DNA of 64,000 nucleotides. Origin: Eledone cirrhosa (Eukaryota). The position numbers and the translations under genes are program-made. The stretch spans positions 87,916,001 through 87,980,000 of the forward strand of contig OZ024740.1 in the NCBI GenBank assembly GCA_964016885.1, written 5' to 3'. Shown one piece after another: positions 37,230 through 50,688 of this stretch; position 1 is the stretch's first letter; every line of letters begins with the position of its first letter. A model generated the notes under the pieces. The model was not told where the DNA came from. It did no database searches and saw nothing but the letters and a program-made list of their open reading frames with translations.

Positions 37230-37600
37230 AGTATTAGGTGTAAGGGCTTTTAGTAAATGGACAAAATATCTTTTTCTTCGCCTTCGAAATACTTAACAGT
37301 TGTTCTTGCTGTTGCTCTATGTGACTGGGGCCATCGTGTGTAGAGCCGAAAAAGGAGCAGTTGTTCTGAAATTATTTTCTTCATCTGCAATACTCTGACA
37401 TCTTTTTTTTTATTTTGATTCCATGAAAATAGATTCATCTGGTAAGATACAAACTATTCAGATATGTGAACTTGTGACTTCAATGTGTTAATCGGTTTCT
37501 TCTTATTTATAGTTTCCTGGGAAAGATATGCGGTATCAATGATTAGAGTTTGGTCCAATTCAATTAACTTGCATATCCTCTTCTTCGGGACACTACGAAT
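37230..37600 (-). mobile_element. Highly degenerate Tc1/mariner transposase fragment
   Basis: Minus strand resembles QDGAPSH.A..TV.YF followed by an SP.L.P-like motif; many frameshifts. Confidence 0.4.
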
Positions 37601-37730
37601 AATGGTGTCCTACAGTTTCGAAATTAAAATCGTCCCTATCACAGCATGTAGTCTGTAGAGCCCTAGCGGTAGGAGCGCTGTTGCTTTGCATTGCGTTCGT
37701 AGCGGGAAGGCAATTCGTATTCATAGTTCG

Positions 37731-38207
37731 TATTTCATTTCATTTCATTTCATTTGAGTTTGAGTCCATGCTCAGGCCAAGTCGAAGACTCCACCCTCAG
37801 AGTCTGGTGTGGTTGCCAGGTTGTATTCTCTGTTTAATTTTGACATGTGTAGGAGCGAGTTTGAGTCAGTTTGTGCTCGTTGTGTATATCCTGGGAGATG
37901 GGGTTCATCTCTAATGGTGCTTAAGTATCTATCCAGCTGCAATTTGAATGATTCCACACTGCATCCTGATAGATTTCAGACATGTACCGGAATGGAGTTG
38001 AATAGTTGTGCCCCTCGAACCAACAGACTTGACTCTCGCAGGGTTTTTGCTGCCTGGCCAGCCTTTTTGTTGATTGGTGGTAGCTGGCAGCGTCTTCCGT
38101 GGCGCAGTGAGTGGTAGGTTTTGATACCAAAGTTTGGCACCTTTTGCTCTATCATTTTCCAAATGTATATAATTCGGTATCGCTCAAATCTTCTTTCTAT
38201 TGAGTAT
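37731..38207 (-). mobile_element. CR1-clade LINE 3' fragment with (TGAAA)n tail, antisense inside the RTE 5' region
   Basis: YSIERRFERYRIIYIWKMI...RHGRRC...RGAQLFNSIP...FKLQLDRYLSTIRDEP...SNSL; (TTTCA)n at 37732-37755. Confidence 0.85.
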
Positions 38208-38600
38208 TTGTAGGATTCATGGAAGAAGTGTCATGGGAGTAGTGAATTCACAAGCGGTCCCCCAAAATCCCGCATGTATATCTCGAACGAGGGGAAAACA
38301 CGTCCTGTTTGCTGCAGATTCTCCACAGACGCAGGGACAGAAACGACCCGAAGCCGCCGGTTACCGGAACAGACACCTCTTGGATTTTCACCAGAGCCCC
38401 TTTTGCCGGGATGCAGCCCTAGTACCGCTGGGTGCCAGACTAATCCGCCTTAGGTGGCCCTACCAGGAACCGGAGTTCCCGACGGCATAGCTCTGACACT
38501 ACCCGTTGCCACCGTCCTGCCACGTTGAGGAGGGGTTGGACTTTAGGTTGGAATTACTCCCGCAGTAGTCCCGCTCTTTAGACGAAGGAAGGAATTAAGG

Positions 38601-41546
38601 GTGGCGTGCTGGAACGTCCGAACACTTCGTGACGACGGTGTCCAGGCACTTACAATGAAGGCTCTGCACAGGTACTGCGTTAGTTTCGCTTGCCTTTCAG
38701 AAGTTCGACTTCCCAATGTTGGTCATCTTCCGATCAAAGTTCCTGGCGAGGAAATCTCCTACCACTTGTACCATAGTGGCGTGACTGACAACAGTGGCGT
38801 TCACGGGGTCGCTGTAGCGCTCAGCCCCGAAGGATCAGCGGCTCTGCTGGCGTGGCAGCCGATCTCACACCGACTCGTGCTGGTTCGATTGAAGGGTAAA
38901 AATCTCCAACGTCAGCGTAGTTGCCGTCTACGCTCCCACAGTCAATGCGGACAAGGCGGACAAGACGCAGTTCTATGCCGATCTCCAAACAACCGTGGAT
39001 GGCGTCCCCTGCCGTGATGTTCTCATTGTTGCTGGGGACTGGAATGCGCGGAAGGGGCCGGCTGATGATACAACACGGCATATTCTAGGACGCTTCGCCC
39101 TAGGCGTACACTCTGACAATGGTGAACGGCTCGTGTCCTTCGCGGATGCCAATCATCTTATCGTCATCAACACCCGGTTCCACCATCCTTGGCGTCACCT
39201 CGTCATGTGGCGATCCAATGACGGAAGAACGGCCAATCAGATTGACTACATCCTGGTCAGATCTCGGTGGGCCAGCTCAGTGATGGACTCGCGTGCTAAT
39301 CGGGGGGGGGGGGGGGGGGGGCTTATACGGGAAGTGAGCATGGGTCAGACCATAGTCTTGTTCGAGCAACCCTTCGTCTGCGGCTGCAGGCGAAGCCTCC
39401 TCCCAACCGCCAGAAAAGGATCGACATCTCGCGACTCAAGCTCGATGCTGGAAATTCTTTCCGGCTAGAGCTGCGAAACCGATTCAAAATGCTGAGTAAC
39501 GAAGTGGAACAGCAACCGGAGCAGGAGTGGAACGCGCTCAGGGCGGCGACGGTTGAGGTGGCCAGGGAGCATCTCGGGTCGACCAAAAGACGCGATCGGG
39601 ACTGGATCTCGGGCGGCACTCTTGAACTCGCGAAGAGGGCGAGAGTGGCCCGACTGGAGAGTGCACCCAATCTTCGAGATCTCCGACGTCGCACATCTCG
39701 GGCTATTCGGACCGATCGGAATGCACACTGGCGCGAATTTTCGGGGCAGACGGAGAGGGCAGCAGCCAGTGGTGACTCGCGCAAGCTCTACCAACTGGTG
39801 AAGCGGGCCAGCCGAAACAGTACGGGTATCAGCGAGACGATCCGTGATCGGAACGGGGCGGTCATTACCAGTCTTAATGACCGGCTAGTCCGATGGCGGG
39901 ACCATTTCTCTTAGCTGCTCAACCACCCGCCACCACCCAGGCCAACCTACGTGCAGCCTTCCGGAGAAGAATACAGGTGCAGCACTGCCCCTCCAACGGT
40001 CGAGGAGGTACGTAGTGTCCTGACACATCTCCGGAACAACAAGGCGCCGGGCGAAGATGGCGTTCCAGCTGAGGTCTACAAGACCCAGCCTGATGTCTTC
40101 GCAGCTTGGCTCCATCGAGTTTTCTCCTCGGTGTGGGCGATGGAGCGGTTCCCTGGTGACTGGAGCGAGCAACTCTCCTACCCTTCTTCAAAAAAGGCGA
40201 CAGGAAACTGTGTTCCAACTACAGGGGTATCAGTGTAATTGACGTTACTGCCAAAACCTTCGCAATTCTTCTGCTGAAGAGGTTCCAGGCCATCCGTGCT
40301 GTCCGTACCTGTCCTTCTCAGGGCGGATTCCGTCCGGGGAGGGGGTGCGTTGATCAAATCTTCATTCTCCGGCGTGTCCTGGAACAACGGTGGGCACATC
40401 AACAGCCTACCGTCCTCTGCTTCATCGACTTTGCAGCTGGCTTCGACTCGGTAGATCGGGAAGCCCCATGGCGTATAATGCAGGCGGACGACATCCCAGT
40501 GAAGCTGCTTCGTCTCATACAAGGCTACTACCGGTCGACTCGGGCCCGAGTGAGGGTCTCTGGTGGGGAGACGGAGTCGTTCGATGTTGGGACCGGTGTT
40601 CGGCAGGGGTGTGCGCTATGGCCAACTCTCTTTAACTACGCCATTGACTACACTCTCAACACAGCACTCCGGGATTACCCGGACGTAGAGGTCGGGAGAG
40701 GGGTCGTGGTGACGGACTTGGCCTACGCGGATGACATCATGCTGATGGGCGCTAACGGGACAGATGTACAAAGTGCTCTCGAAAGGGTGCACACTGTAGC
40801 CGCCGCTGTTGGTCTACGAATCAATGCCGCCAAGTCGGAGGTCTTGGCAGCCGATATCTCTCGAGGGCGTGGACCTGGAGGATGTGGAGTCCTTCGTTTA
40901 CCTGGGCTCAACAGTGGTTCCAAAGGGACAGGGCGCAGCTGAAGTCAAGCGTCGCATAGGTGCTGCCAGATCCGCTTTTGGGCGCCTCCAGCGGTGTCTG
41001 TGGAACAGAAGAGAGATCACCTCGGCGACCAAAGAGCGAATCTACCAGGCCCTCGTTCGCACTATCCTCCTCTATGGCTGTGAAACATGGCCTATGAGGG
41101 TAGTCGATCAACGAGGGCTGGAGGTCTTCGACAATGACTGGCTCCACCGTATCTTTCGCTGCCGACGCGTTGATCGGGTACCTACCACCAGTCTTCGTCT
41201 TCGCCTGAATCTTCGACCCATTACTTCAGTGCTTTTGCAACGGCGCTTGAGATGGTTTGATTACGCAGCCCGGCACCCTGAGGGTGAGCTGATCCGCGAT
41301 GTTCTCCTCCCACCTCCACTCCCTAACTGGCGCAAGCGCGTTGGCGGGAAGCTGAAGACCTGGGCAACGACGATCAAAGAGGACCTCTCCGAACTCTCAG
41401 GTCCGCAAGTGGTCGGGCTGTGCCGATGGAACCGTGACTGGCTCGCTATCTCCAGTGACCTAGCCCGGGACCGTCGTGCGTGGGCTGCCATGGTTCGGGA
41501 TGCCGTCAGGGCAAGGGAAGAAGCCGGCTCAACCCGTCCAGGGTGA
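38601..41546 (+). pseudogene. RTE ORF (APE endonuclease + RT), frameshifted
   Basis: Pieces 38601-39017, 38995-39468, 39489-39914, 39951-40238, 40478-40942 and 40809-41546; 20-nt G run at 39302-39321. Confidence 0.92.
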
Positions 41547-42947
41547 ATGTCGACGCAAGTACAAGTACAAGTAAAGCTATCACAGCATGTACCTTGTCGT
41601 TCTCAGTCTGACTATTATCTGTTAAAAATATATCATTGATTGATATCCTTCAAGCTATTCGGTTCAGAATTCAAAACCTAGGAGAACAAGTCTACAACAT
41701 TCCATTTGTAAAATGGAATGACTTTGCATGGGTTGCTTGTGAACCTTTGTATATCACAAAAGTTAATATTCATAAAAAAATAATCATAACTCCTAATTAT
41801 TTCTACTAACTTAACAAAATTACTTTGAAGTTACAACAGTTTATTACCTTTAAAGCTAAATATCGTTGTGGTATATATCACATCTTCATGCAAACAAACA
41901 AGAGACCTTAAACATTTACAATAATACACAGTGGACTTGGAAAGTATTAGCAAATACGACTATTCAAATTGTTGGAGTCTTAGGGGCACCGTATTGGCAT
42001 ACGGCGTTTCCTGGGCATTTTAAAGATTGGCGGAGCCCATCTCTCTCCAGGTCTGAATACAGCTCATTCATTTCAGTGATAGAGAGAAGGTGATAGAGAG
42101 GAAATGAGAAAGAGATGTAGAAGAAGAATCGACCCCAGTACTAGACTGGTACTTTTTTTATCGACCTCGGAAAGATGAAAAGTAAACTTGAGCTCAGTGG
42201 GATTTGAACTCTGATAATCAGAACAAATACCGCAAAAGTATTCTCTCCGACATTCTAACCACTCTGCCAATTCGCCGTCATTCAAATTATTAACAACGCT
42301 GTATTTCTTGATTATTGTACTTGCTTCTGTTATTGGATTGTAATTGTTGTTTACTCCCAGCTAAGGCCTGCCTGAGGAAATCTTATGGTTAAAGGTGTAT
42401 CAGCTGTAATCATTCCATTTTTTGTATATCTAGGATAAATCACTTAACCCGACCCCCTTTATATGATGTGTAATTTGAAGGAAATTTGTTTTTATTTCTA
42501 GCACGTTGAGGGATCATGGATATATGTTTTATTTGACAGAAATTAGAGATTTAGAAAACCTTTGGAGTACAGTTATTATAAAATCAATAAATCATTTTAT
42601 TTCAATTTTGTTTTGTTTGCTACTGTGTATTATAAATGTATTGGGATCATGTTGAAGGTGTTTTCACCGCTCCATCTTCAGTTTCTGTTTGGTCAGTCAG
42701 AGGTAAATGTTTATCACGCGAATGTTCTGATTCTTTACGCTAACTTGTCAATGAACAATCCCTGGTGACATACATGACAAGTACGGTATGTTTACATGGA
42801 ATTTTGTGTGAAACTGCAAAGGCGGCTTCTTATTGCCTTCCTTTAGCTGTTTGTTTCTTTAAATATATACTTTAGGAGAGGGGGAGGGAGAGAAAAAGAA
42901 AGAGATAGATAGACCGAGAGAAAGAAGAGAAATATATATATATGTAT

Positions 42948-43146
42948 ATAGGAAAAGGTTCAGGACCCCGCCGGCGGAGCTCAAGCCGTTTTGACGGCTA
43001 TTTCTAGACTCTAGAAATAACCACCGAAACGGCTTGAGCTCTGCTGTCGGGGTCCTGAACCGCTTCCTATTACCCACTCTACTACGCAAAGTATCGAGTA
43101 CTCTGGTGCGTTATGGTCCACCTGGTTCCTTGCCACATTTCCTTCG

Positions 43147-43150
<4 letters not shown>
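42948..43150 (-). mobile_element. Copy of the (TA)n-embedded hairpin element
   Basis: Reverse complement of 22888-23081 with a different but still palindromic centre. Confidence 0.85.
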
Positions 43151-43192
<42 letters not shown>

Positions 43193-43367
43193 TTCAAGAG
43201 TAATCAATCTTAAAGAGAGATATGGAGATAGGAGAGGAGATATGAGAGGAGAGATTGGTGAATTAGTTAGAAGCAAAAGCGTAAAGGCATGTGCTCAATG
43301 TGCAATATGCAGTAGAAAGCAGCTAGGTGGCTCGGTTCATGCAGAAGTTAGGTGCGCAGAGCTGGAA

Positions 43368-43750
43368 ATATTCATTAGTTAAGCAAAGCAAGACCACACA
43401 TTTCACAAGGAAGATATTATTAAAAGATTGTCAACATATTTTAGTTTGATGTAAGGAATGTATAGAATAATAATAATAATATTAATAATAATAATGTCCG
43501 TTTACAATTGTTTCGCTACTCCATATAATATTTCTGGATCAGATGACTATATATCATAATTGATCTGGTTCAGTTGAAAATAATTAACATATTTAAAAGA
43601 CAGAGCGGCTCATCGGAACTTCAAAGATGAGAGAATGTTACATAATATAATGTTCCATATATTGGTTTTTACTATGGTGTCTTGGTTGCATCAGTTGTCA
43701 GCCATAATCAAGCAGTATTCATCTGTCGAGGCTGCATTGTGTGAGATCTG
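43368..43750. mobile_element. Dispersed repeat (also 50684-51105 and 52031-52430) containing a hammerhead-like variant on the minus strand
   Basis: atattcattagttaag...gaggctgcattgtgtgagatct is shared among three copies. Confidence 0.85.
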
Positions 43751-44584
43751 CCTATGGGTAACAAGATGGCTGCCAAAGGGCATATTTACCTTACAAATTC
43801 TCCTAGAGAGATTAGAAATTGTGGGTGTTTAGAGTTAAGCGCTAATTTAAAAATTGTTTTAATTGAGAGACAACATAGGGGAGGTATCTTATAATTATCT
43901 AAGTTGTTAACTTGCGAGATGTTGATCATTGCACAAACACGTGTACCAACACCGAAGTTCTGAGAGAATATCAACGTGATACAATTGGTCCTTTGAATTA
44001 CATGCTCAACTCCTCGCTAGCTAAGTGCACACAACGCGCTGCCGGGAATCGAACTCCTGACCTTTGGATCATGGACCACACACTTTCACATACATGATTA
44101 CGAACACACACACACACACACAAAGAGCCACACAAACGTATATATTTGCGAATGTAAAGAGGAGATATATGTATATTTATATCAGTGTGTACATTGGTAT
44201 GTGTATGTGTGTGTGTGTGTGTGTGTGAGTCACGCGCTTTCATATATATGTATACGAACTTCCACACACGTTTATATTTGCGTGTTTAAGTAGGACATAC
44301 ATGTATATTTATACATAAGTGATTAAGTTGGTGGCTGTGTGTGTGAATGTGTGCATGTGCCCGCACATGTGAATGTGTGTATTTGTCAGTATATGTGTAT
44401 ATACATAACTGTCTTGGTACCTGTCTAAAATATCTCCCGTAGCTTCGGTAACGTATCGGAATATTTAAAATATTGAATTAAATAATTTCCAGCATTAGCA
44501 GAATGTCATACATTAAATTACAATAATTAATTGAATATACTCTCACACAGACACGGCACACTTGAGTTTATGTATATGTACACT

Positions 44585-44645
<61 letters not shown>

Positions 44646-44672
44646 CACATAAACACACACACACAACACACA

Positions 44673-44725
<53 letters not shown>

Positions 44726-45156
44726 CTATTTCAATTTTGCTTGTACACTAGGTTATACAAAACACACACACACACACATACACACATATATATATATGTA
44801 TGTGTGTGTGTGAGTTGTGTATATATATATATATATATGTGTAATTTACTGTACAAGTACAATATATACATATATGTGTGTATGTGTGTGTTGTGTATGT
44901 GCACATGTTTCTAATTGGCTGAATACATTGTTATAGCTGAATTTCATCAGATGGCAGTCATGACACGTAGATATAAAAGATTGTATAAGAATACATATTT
45001 CACACAGGCTAAACCTTAATAACGTTTTAGGGGAGGAGAAACTGATTTAAGTAATTGGACAAAGACATTAGCTCACATACTATGGTCAAAGCGAGATAAA
45101 TAAAGTAAATGAACAATTAATTGAATAAATATATTTCTATCTATCTATCTATCTAT

Positions 45157-45575
45157 CGAGTAACGTTACTCCAAATACCCTTCGGAAGAAACCCATTTCG
45201 GTCGCTTGCATGCACGATCGTATTCTTGCGGTTATTAACCAAGATTCATGACCATAAGTAAGGGTTGGCACATATACCGAATTGAAGATAGCGAGTTTCA
45301 CTTTTATACCTACTTCTCTACTTCGGATGACTGAATGTTGACGCTGGCACATTACTGCACAAGCTCGGGCAATTTTTTGCACTTAATTCAGCCTCACGTC
45401 TAGGAGATCAGAGAGTTGTTCCAGGTAGATCCACTACTTCACCAAATTGAGAGATCACAGCTCCCATATTACGGGCAAGTGGTTAGAATGTCCAGGAAAG
45501 AATCGCTGGACAGATTTTGCGGGCAAAACCAATTGACAGAAACCAAGGAGTAGATTATGAGCAAGATCGTTCGAT
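45157..45575. mobile_element. RTE-clade fragment with 5' inversion
   Basis: 45157-45395(-) encodes KLAIFNSVYVPTLTYGHESW...FRRVFGVTLLDR; 45400-45575(+) encodes the continuation EIRELFQVDPLLHQIERSQL..YGQVVRM. Confidence 0.85.
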
Positions 45576-46687
45576 AACATCCCTGTGTATATCTATCTAT
45601 ATATATATATATAAATAAATAAAGGGAAGATGGGCATTGTTTGGTGTTCCGAACTTGCATGCTACACCGTTCATCAAAAAAAAATTCATGAAACCTCACA
45701 CATATATAAAACTCAACGCGTAGAGTGGAATAGGCTACTTGAAATTTTTGAAAAATCGATAATAGGGCTCTATGACAGAATGTTTTTCGATTCCAATGAA
45801 ATTTTATGTGAATTCGAACACAAGAACTCTTAGTTTACATCTGGCGCAATAAAAATAATTTTCATATGCCCATATAAGGACGTGTGTTATTGAGTGGACG
45901 GCCTTGTCTTCCCAGCTGTCTCAGTAAACGACCGACCATTAAAGAGTTTACCTTTTCATATTCCACCTTATTCAAGTGGAAATACAGTATTATCCCTATC
46001 TGAAAAGGGAACCAAATTTAATGGTGTCTTTTGTGATGCTAAAAGCTGTGAGTAAATTTTCAAACAGTCTTAAATAATCATGCTTTTTAAAAAAAAAAAA
46101 TTACTAAATAATACGTTGACCAAGTTGTATTGTACACACACAAAGTTGTAAAAAATGTTACGTCCGTACCAATGTTTTCCTTTTTTAAACAAAAGATTCT
46201 AAAAAAATTACTTAATTTATAATACAGTCTTTTGCACAGGAAGTGAGTAACTTTTCGGGTCTTTAAATGTAAGTTCACCAGGGTTTGTGTCTTCATTATT
46301 AGCCCACCTCTAATGGCCTTTTTTGTTCTGCTTACGACTAAATGTTATGAGCGTATTTGCAATTAATTGCGCACACGTGCACACCTGCATGCAGATAGAC
46401 ACTGACAGCCAATAAAAAATCGATAACTTGCTTATTAAGATATCGGTCAAAAAGAGAGATTGAATGTACTTTAGAACATTTTTTTGAATATATTGTTCTT
46501 TTTGGCATGATATGTCATAAATTTAGCTACTATACACTTTGGTTACTTTTTGTAACTAAAAAACGCTTCCTTTTGGGTGGATACTTAACGAGAAAAATCC
46601 TAGGGTTTTGGACAAGTTTGTTTCAGGCGCTGTATAGACGCCTATTTTGTCACACCTTGGTCATGAATTCGTATTCTTTTCCAATAG

Positions 46688-46943
46688 ATATTTTCCGCTC
46701 TATAAGGCTCACCAGGATATAAGGCATATCATTTAAAATCATGTCCGCGCAACGGCGTGTAAGGCCAACCAGGAAAATGTTATCTTCTTTACTTTTAGTC
46801 TAGATCTATTACTTCTGTTAGAGCCGTGATTGATTACCATTGTATTATTTATACATAAGGCTCACCGGAGTATAAAGCGCAGAGCTATTTTTTGATTAAA
46901 TTTAATTATTTTAAGTGCAATTTATAGACCGGAAAATTCGGTA
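46688..46943. mobile_element. pogo/Tc1-mariner-like MITE
   Basis: TIR-like ends attttccgctctataa / ttatagaccggaaaat(tcggta); internal repeat taaggctcacc.g..tataa. Confidence 0.6.
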
Positions 46944-47989
46944 AGTTATTGTAATCATATTTCCAAACCTTCCCATTCACCAGTAACCACGCTAACGAAT
47001 CTGGTGTTGTCTCTCTCTGTATTTAATCACCTCTCTCTAACCTAACAGCTTCGTTACACGTCGTTATGCCCACACGGAAACGTTCAAGACTTACCTCCAA
47101 AAAAGGTACAGTTACTTCTTTGAGACAACGAATTAGCCGTTCTCAGGTATGAGTTCATTCACAATTGATTAATCTTTTATGCAATATTCTCCCTTAATGT
47201 TAGCAAGTACTGCGTTTATCCTAACTGTCACCACTTTTAAGCAACTACAACATTCTAATCGTAGTTATATTAAATGTATTGTCTTACCTTGATTCCCTTT
47301 TGTTCATGTTAGACTTTTCTCATTTACTATTGACACTGCCATTGGCTTAGCTAACCAGTAGAATTAATTAATTTTCTCTAGGAAACACCTGCTGAGCGCG
47401 AATCTCGACTCGCTGATAGACGTCTTTCCCGGCTGGTTGAGTCACCAACATCACGTACGACAAGGCATGCTGATGTTCGCCTTCGTCGCCAACAAGCGCT
47501 GACGGAGGAATCACCAACATCCCGTCAGACGAGGCTTGAGGCTGTGGCAAAGGGCAATAACCCTAGATACAATTTTGATCAACTTTTTTTCACCTATAGC
47601 AAATTTACCGGGACAGGTTTTTAGCTACTCAAATCTACTTCAGAGATCACGCATTGATGTAAAAAATCAATAAAACTGAAGCGGGGCTCGACTTTGCGCA
47701 AAAGAACAAGGCAAAGGGAAAACCTTTTACAGGAACGTCCTATATTCTTGAAAACTGTCACAAAAGACTCGCCATTATGCCGCGGTTAAGATAAAGGCCC
47801 TTTTAATTCTTCTTCTGCACATGTGAGCGCAACAATTGTAACCCCCCCCCCCCCCTGAAAGTAATCGACATTTTCAACCTGCTTTAAATTAACTGAACAT
47901 TCAATATCAAGCGATTTTGACTTCCGTCAGTCGTGCAGAGAACAATTTCAACGATACACCACTTCCACTATATATATATATATATATTA

Positions 47990-48127
47990 CACACGTGCGT
48001 CTACTAACCTATTTCTTTTCATTGAAGTTCAAAGTTTTGAACCTGTGATGCGCGGGAAGTAACTTTCACACATTCTAACAGACCAAAGGTCGACTTACAC
48101 CCGGGCAACGCCGGGTATTTCTGCTAG
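47990..48127 (+). mobile_element. Helitron 3' terminus (5' boundary uncertain)
   Basis: GC hairpin acccgggcaacgccgggt (48099-48116) followed 7 nt later by CTAG and then T. Confidence 0.75.
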
Positions 48128-48158
<31 letters not shown>

Positions 48159-48375
48159 AGTATTACACACACAGACACACACACACACATGTATGTATGT
48201 ACACAGCACAAACTGCTTATTATGAACATACTGGAACGGAGCCTGTCAAATAAAAAGAACCAGCTGAAAACATTAAGTAGAAGAGTTAATAATATTGTAA
48301 GCGTGATTGGGAATCACTAATTTTGTTAACAATAACCGTTTGATGACATTATACGTCATTATAATACACCACTTC

Positions 48376-48453
<78 letters not shown>

Positions 48454-49359
48454 GCACACACATACACTCACATATATAGTTCACATACTTGAGAAGAAAC
48501 GTTGGTGAATTTTATTAGCTTTACGAACGGAAATTGAATAATTGCCGTGTCTTTGAATGCCAAACTGCTGCACTATAGCGACTTCGTACAAGTGTGCGAA
48601 GAAGAAAGTTTGAGTATGTGAAAGTACTCTCCAGTCCACTTATTCATTGTCCCTTGTTGACCAACGTTTGGATATCGATCTTGAAGTATTTCCAAATCTA
48701 TTTAATTGCATATATTTCTCATCAATGTTTCTCAGTATTGGTCTATAGAGTATAAGTTGTTCTTGTTTCTCTACATGAGCTGACTGATAGCGAAATATTT
48801 ATTTTCAAAGTCTTCCCAGTAACTATATCAGGTCTGAGCTAATAGCAAACGTAGAGGTCTGCATTAATAACTGGTATTTTCAAGTCAAAATAGGTACAAA
48901 ACAGTGAATTGGTAGATGAGTTAGGACATCGGCTGTAATATCTTGCGGTATGCCTTCTGGAATTTTGTGCTCAGCCGTCAAATCTCGCAGAGGTAAAGTT
49001 TGACTTTCATGCTCTCGGAGTTGATAGAGTAAAGTACATGTTCAGTATTTTTGTCGAATATTCACTTTTCTGTCTGGCTGTTTATCACTCTTTCAGTTTG
49101 TGTATCTGTCTATTTCTCTCTCTAGAATAAATTGCTAAGTTTAAAAATACCCAAACTACACCATGTCTGGAAGAAGCTCGTCCGATTACAATCGGAGTTG
49201 AGGGCTGAAAACAAGACAAACTAGACACAAGTATAGCTGAATGGTTAATATGTTTGCTTTGTAATCAAGTGCCACCATGTTATATTTCATTCCCTAGCAG
49301 TGAATACTAACTTAGACAGAACATTCTTACAACTAATAGGTAAGCACTTCACATCTCAA

Positions 49360-49830
49360 CATAGGTATAAGATATATAACAGCCCATCGATGAAGTAAAA
49401 ACTAACAACAAAAAGCACAGCAGAGGACAACCCAGGATGATTATGTAGGAAAAAAGATAATGCCTTCTACAACAAAAATGTAACACAAAATCAGTAGTCT
49501 ATGAAGCCACGATTATACCATCTTGCAAACGGCCAACCGGCCGCAAATGAACGATGTGTAGATATAACAAAAAAAACAACAACAAAAAAAAAAAAATAAA
49601 TAAAAACATTTTAAATAGCAACATATGAGAAAAAAACGACATTGGCCACCCAAGTATGTGAGATTAAAGACAAGAATATACCATACTAGAATGGAGTAAC
49701 TAGGAGACGAGAAAGCCCTACTTTAAATGAACCAAAAGGTGTTCATTTTGTATTAGTGAGAAACACAGAATATTACAGGGTTTGAAATCCTCCACCAAAT
49801 ATCTGAACAATATATCCAAGAAAATAACCA
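49360..49830 (+). mobile_element. Degenerate PLE GIY-YIG endonuclease fragment (Naiad-like pattern)
   Basis: Frames give KCNTKSVVYEATI, YEKKTTLATQVCEIKDKNIPY, EWS and KRCSFCISEKHRIL. Confidence 0.6.
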
Positions 49831-50354
49831 CGCATTTACTCTCTGCATGGGTCAGTAGTATTACAAACCTATAACCACCTTAAATAATAACACCCCAAGA
49901 TCCGAATAATTGCATATACACATACATACGTTTCGCAAACACAATTTAATATTATAACAATAAGTTTAAAAGGCGCAAAATTAGCAAGAATTATTCCACC
50001 CGAATAATAATAATAAAAAAGTTAAGGTATAGAGTTACTCTCCTTTAAACGAATGAGATCTCATGTTATTAAGGTCAGCCATCTTTGCTTTAAAGTTGCA
50101 TGAAGGAACTCCTCGTATGCGGAAGCTAAGCGAAATGCGGGATTGGAAACCAATCGTAGCAACGAAACTGGTGAATAGGCAGAGTCGTTAGAACGTCGGA
50201 TCGAATGCTGTATGGTATTCGTTACAACTCTCCGCTCTGTGAGTTCAAATCCCACCGACATTAACCTTGCCTTTCATCCTTTTGAGGTCGATACAAAAAG
50301 TACCAATCGACCAAGGGTCGATTCTTCCTCTCTCTGGAAGAAATCTACTGTACT

Positions 50355-50628
50355 CAAGCCTGGAGAGGGATGGGCTCTACCAGGCTTAACATACCCAAGG
50401 AACACCATATGATATTACGTCACACCTACGACTCTATATCTCTATAGTGGGACTATAGAGATATATTAGATATGTCTCATTTGAAATAATACAGCCAATT
50501 TTCCACGCAATACTTTTAGTTAGCACCCCTAACACATAATTGGGAATATAATCACTTATTTCCTAATGTTTGTTGAGTGAGTTGGAATTTGGCCGGAGTA
50601 TCGCTAAAAAGCTTTCTCCGATATTGTA

Positions 50629-50688
<60 letters not shown>

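Larger units (their letters stand above)
37651..41576 (+). mobile_element. RTE-clade LINE, near full length, with 15-bp TSD and (CAAGTA)3 tail
   Basis: TSD ctatcacagcatgta at 37636-37650 and 41577-41591; APE (WNVRTL, GDWNA, QIDYIL), RT (KAPGEDG, GVRQG, YADD, YLG, LLYGCETW); tail at 41556-41573. Confidence 0.95.

Noticed and set aside
44900-44956. Minus-strand CTGATGA...GAAA-catgt hammerhead-like string
   Set aside because: Cleavage position is G and stem I does not pair; at most a decayed relic.
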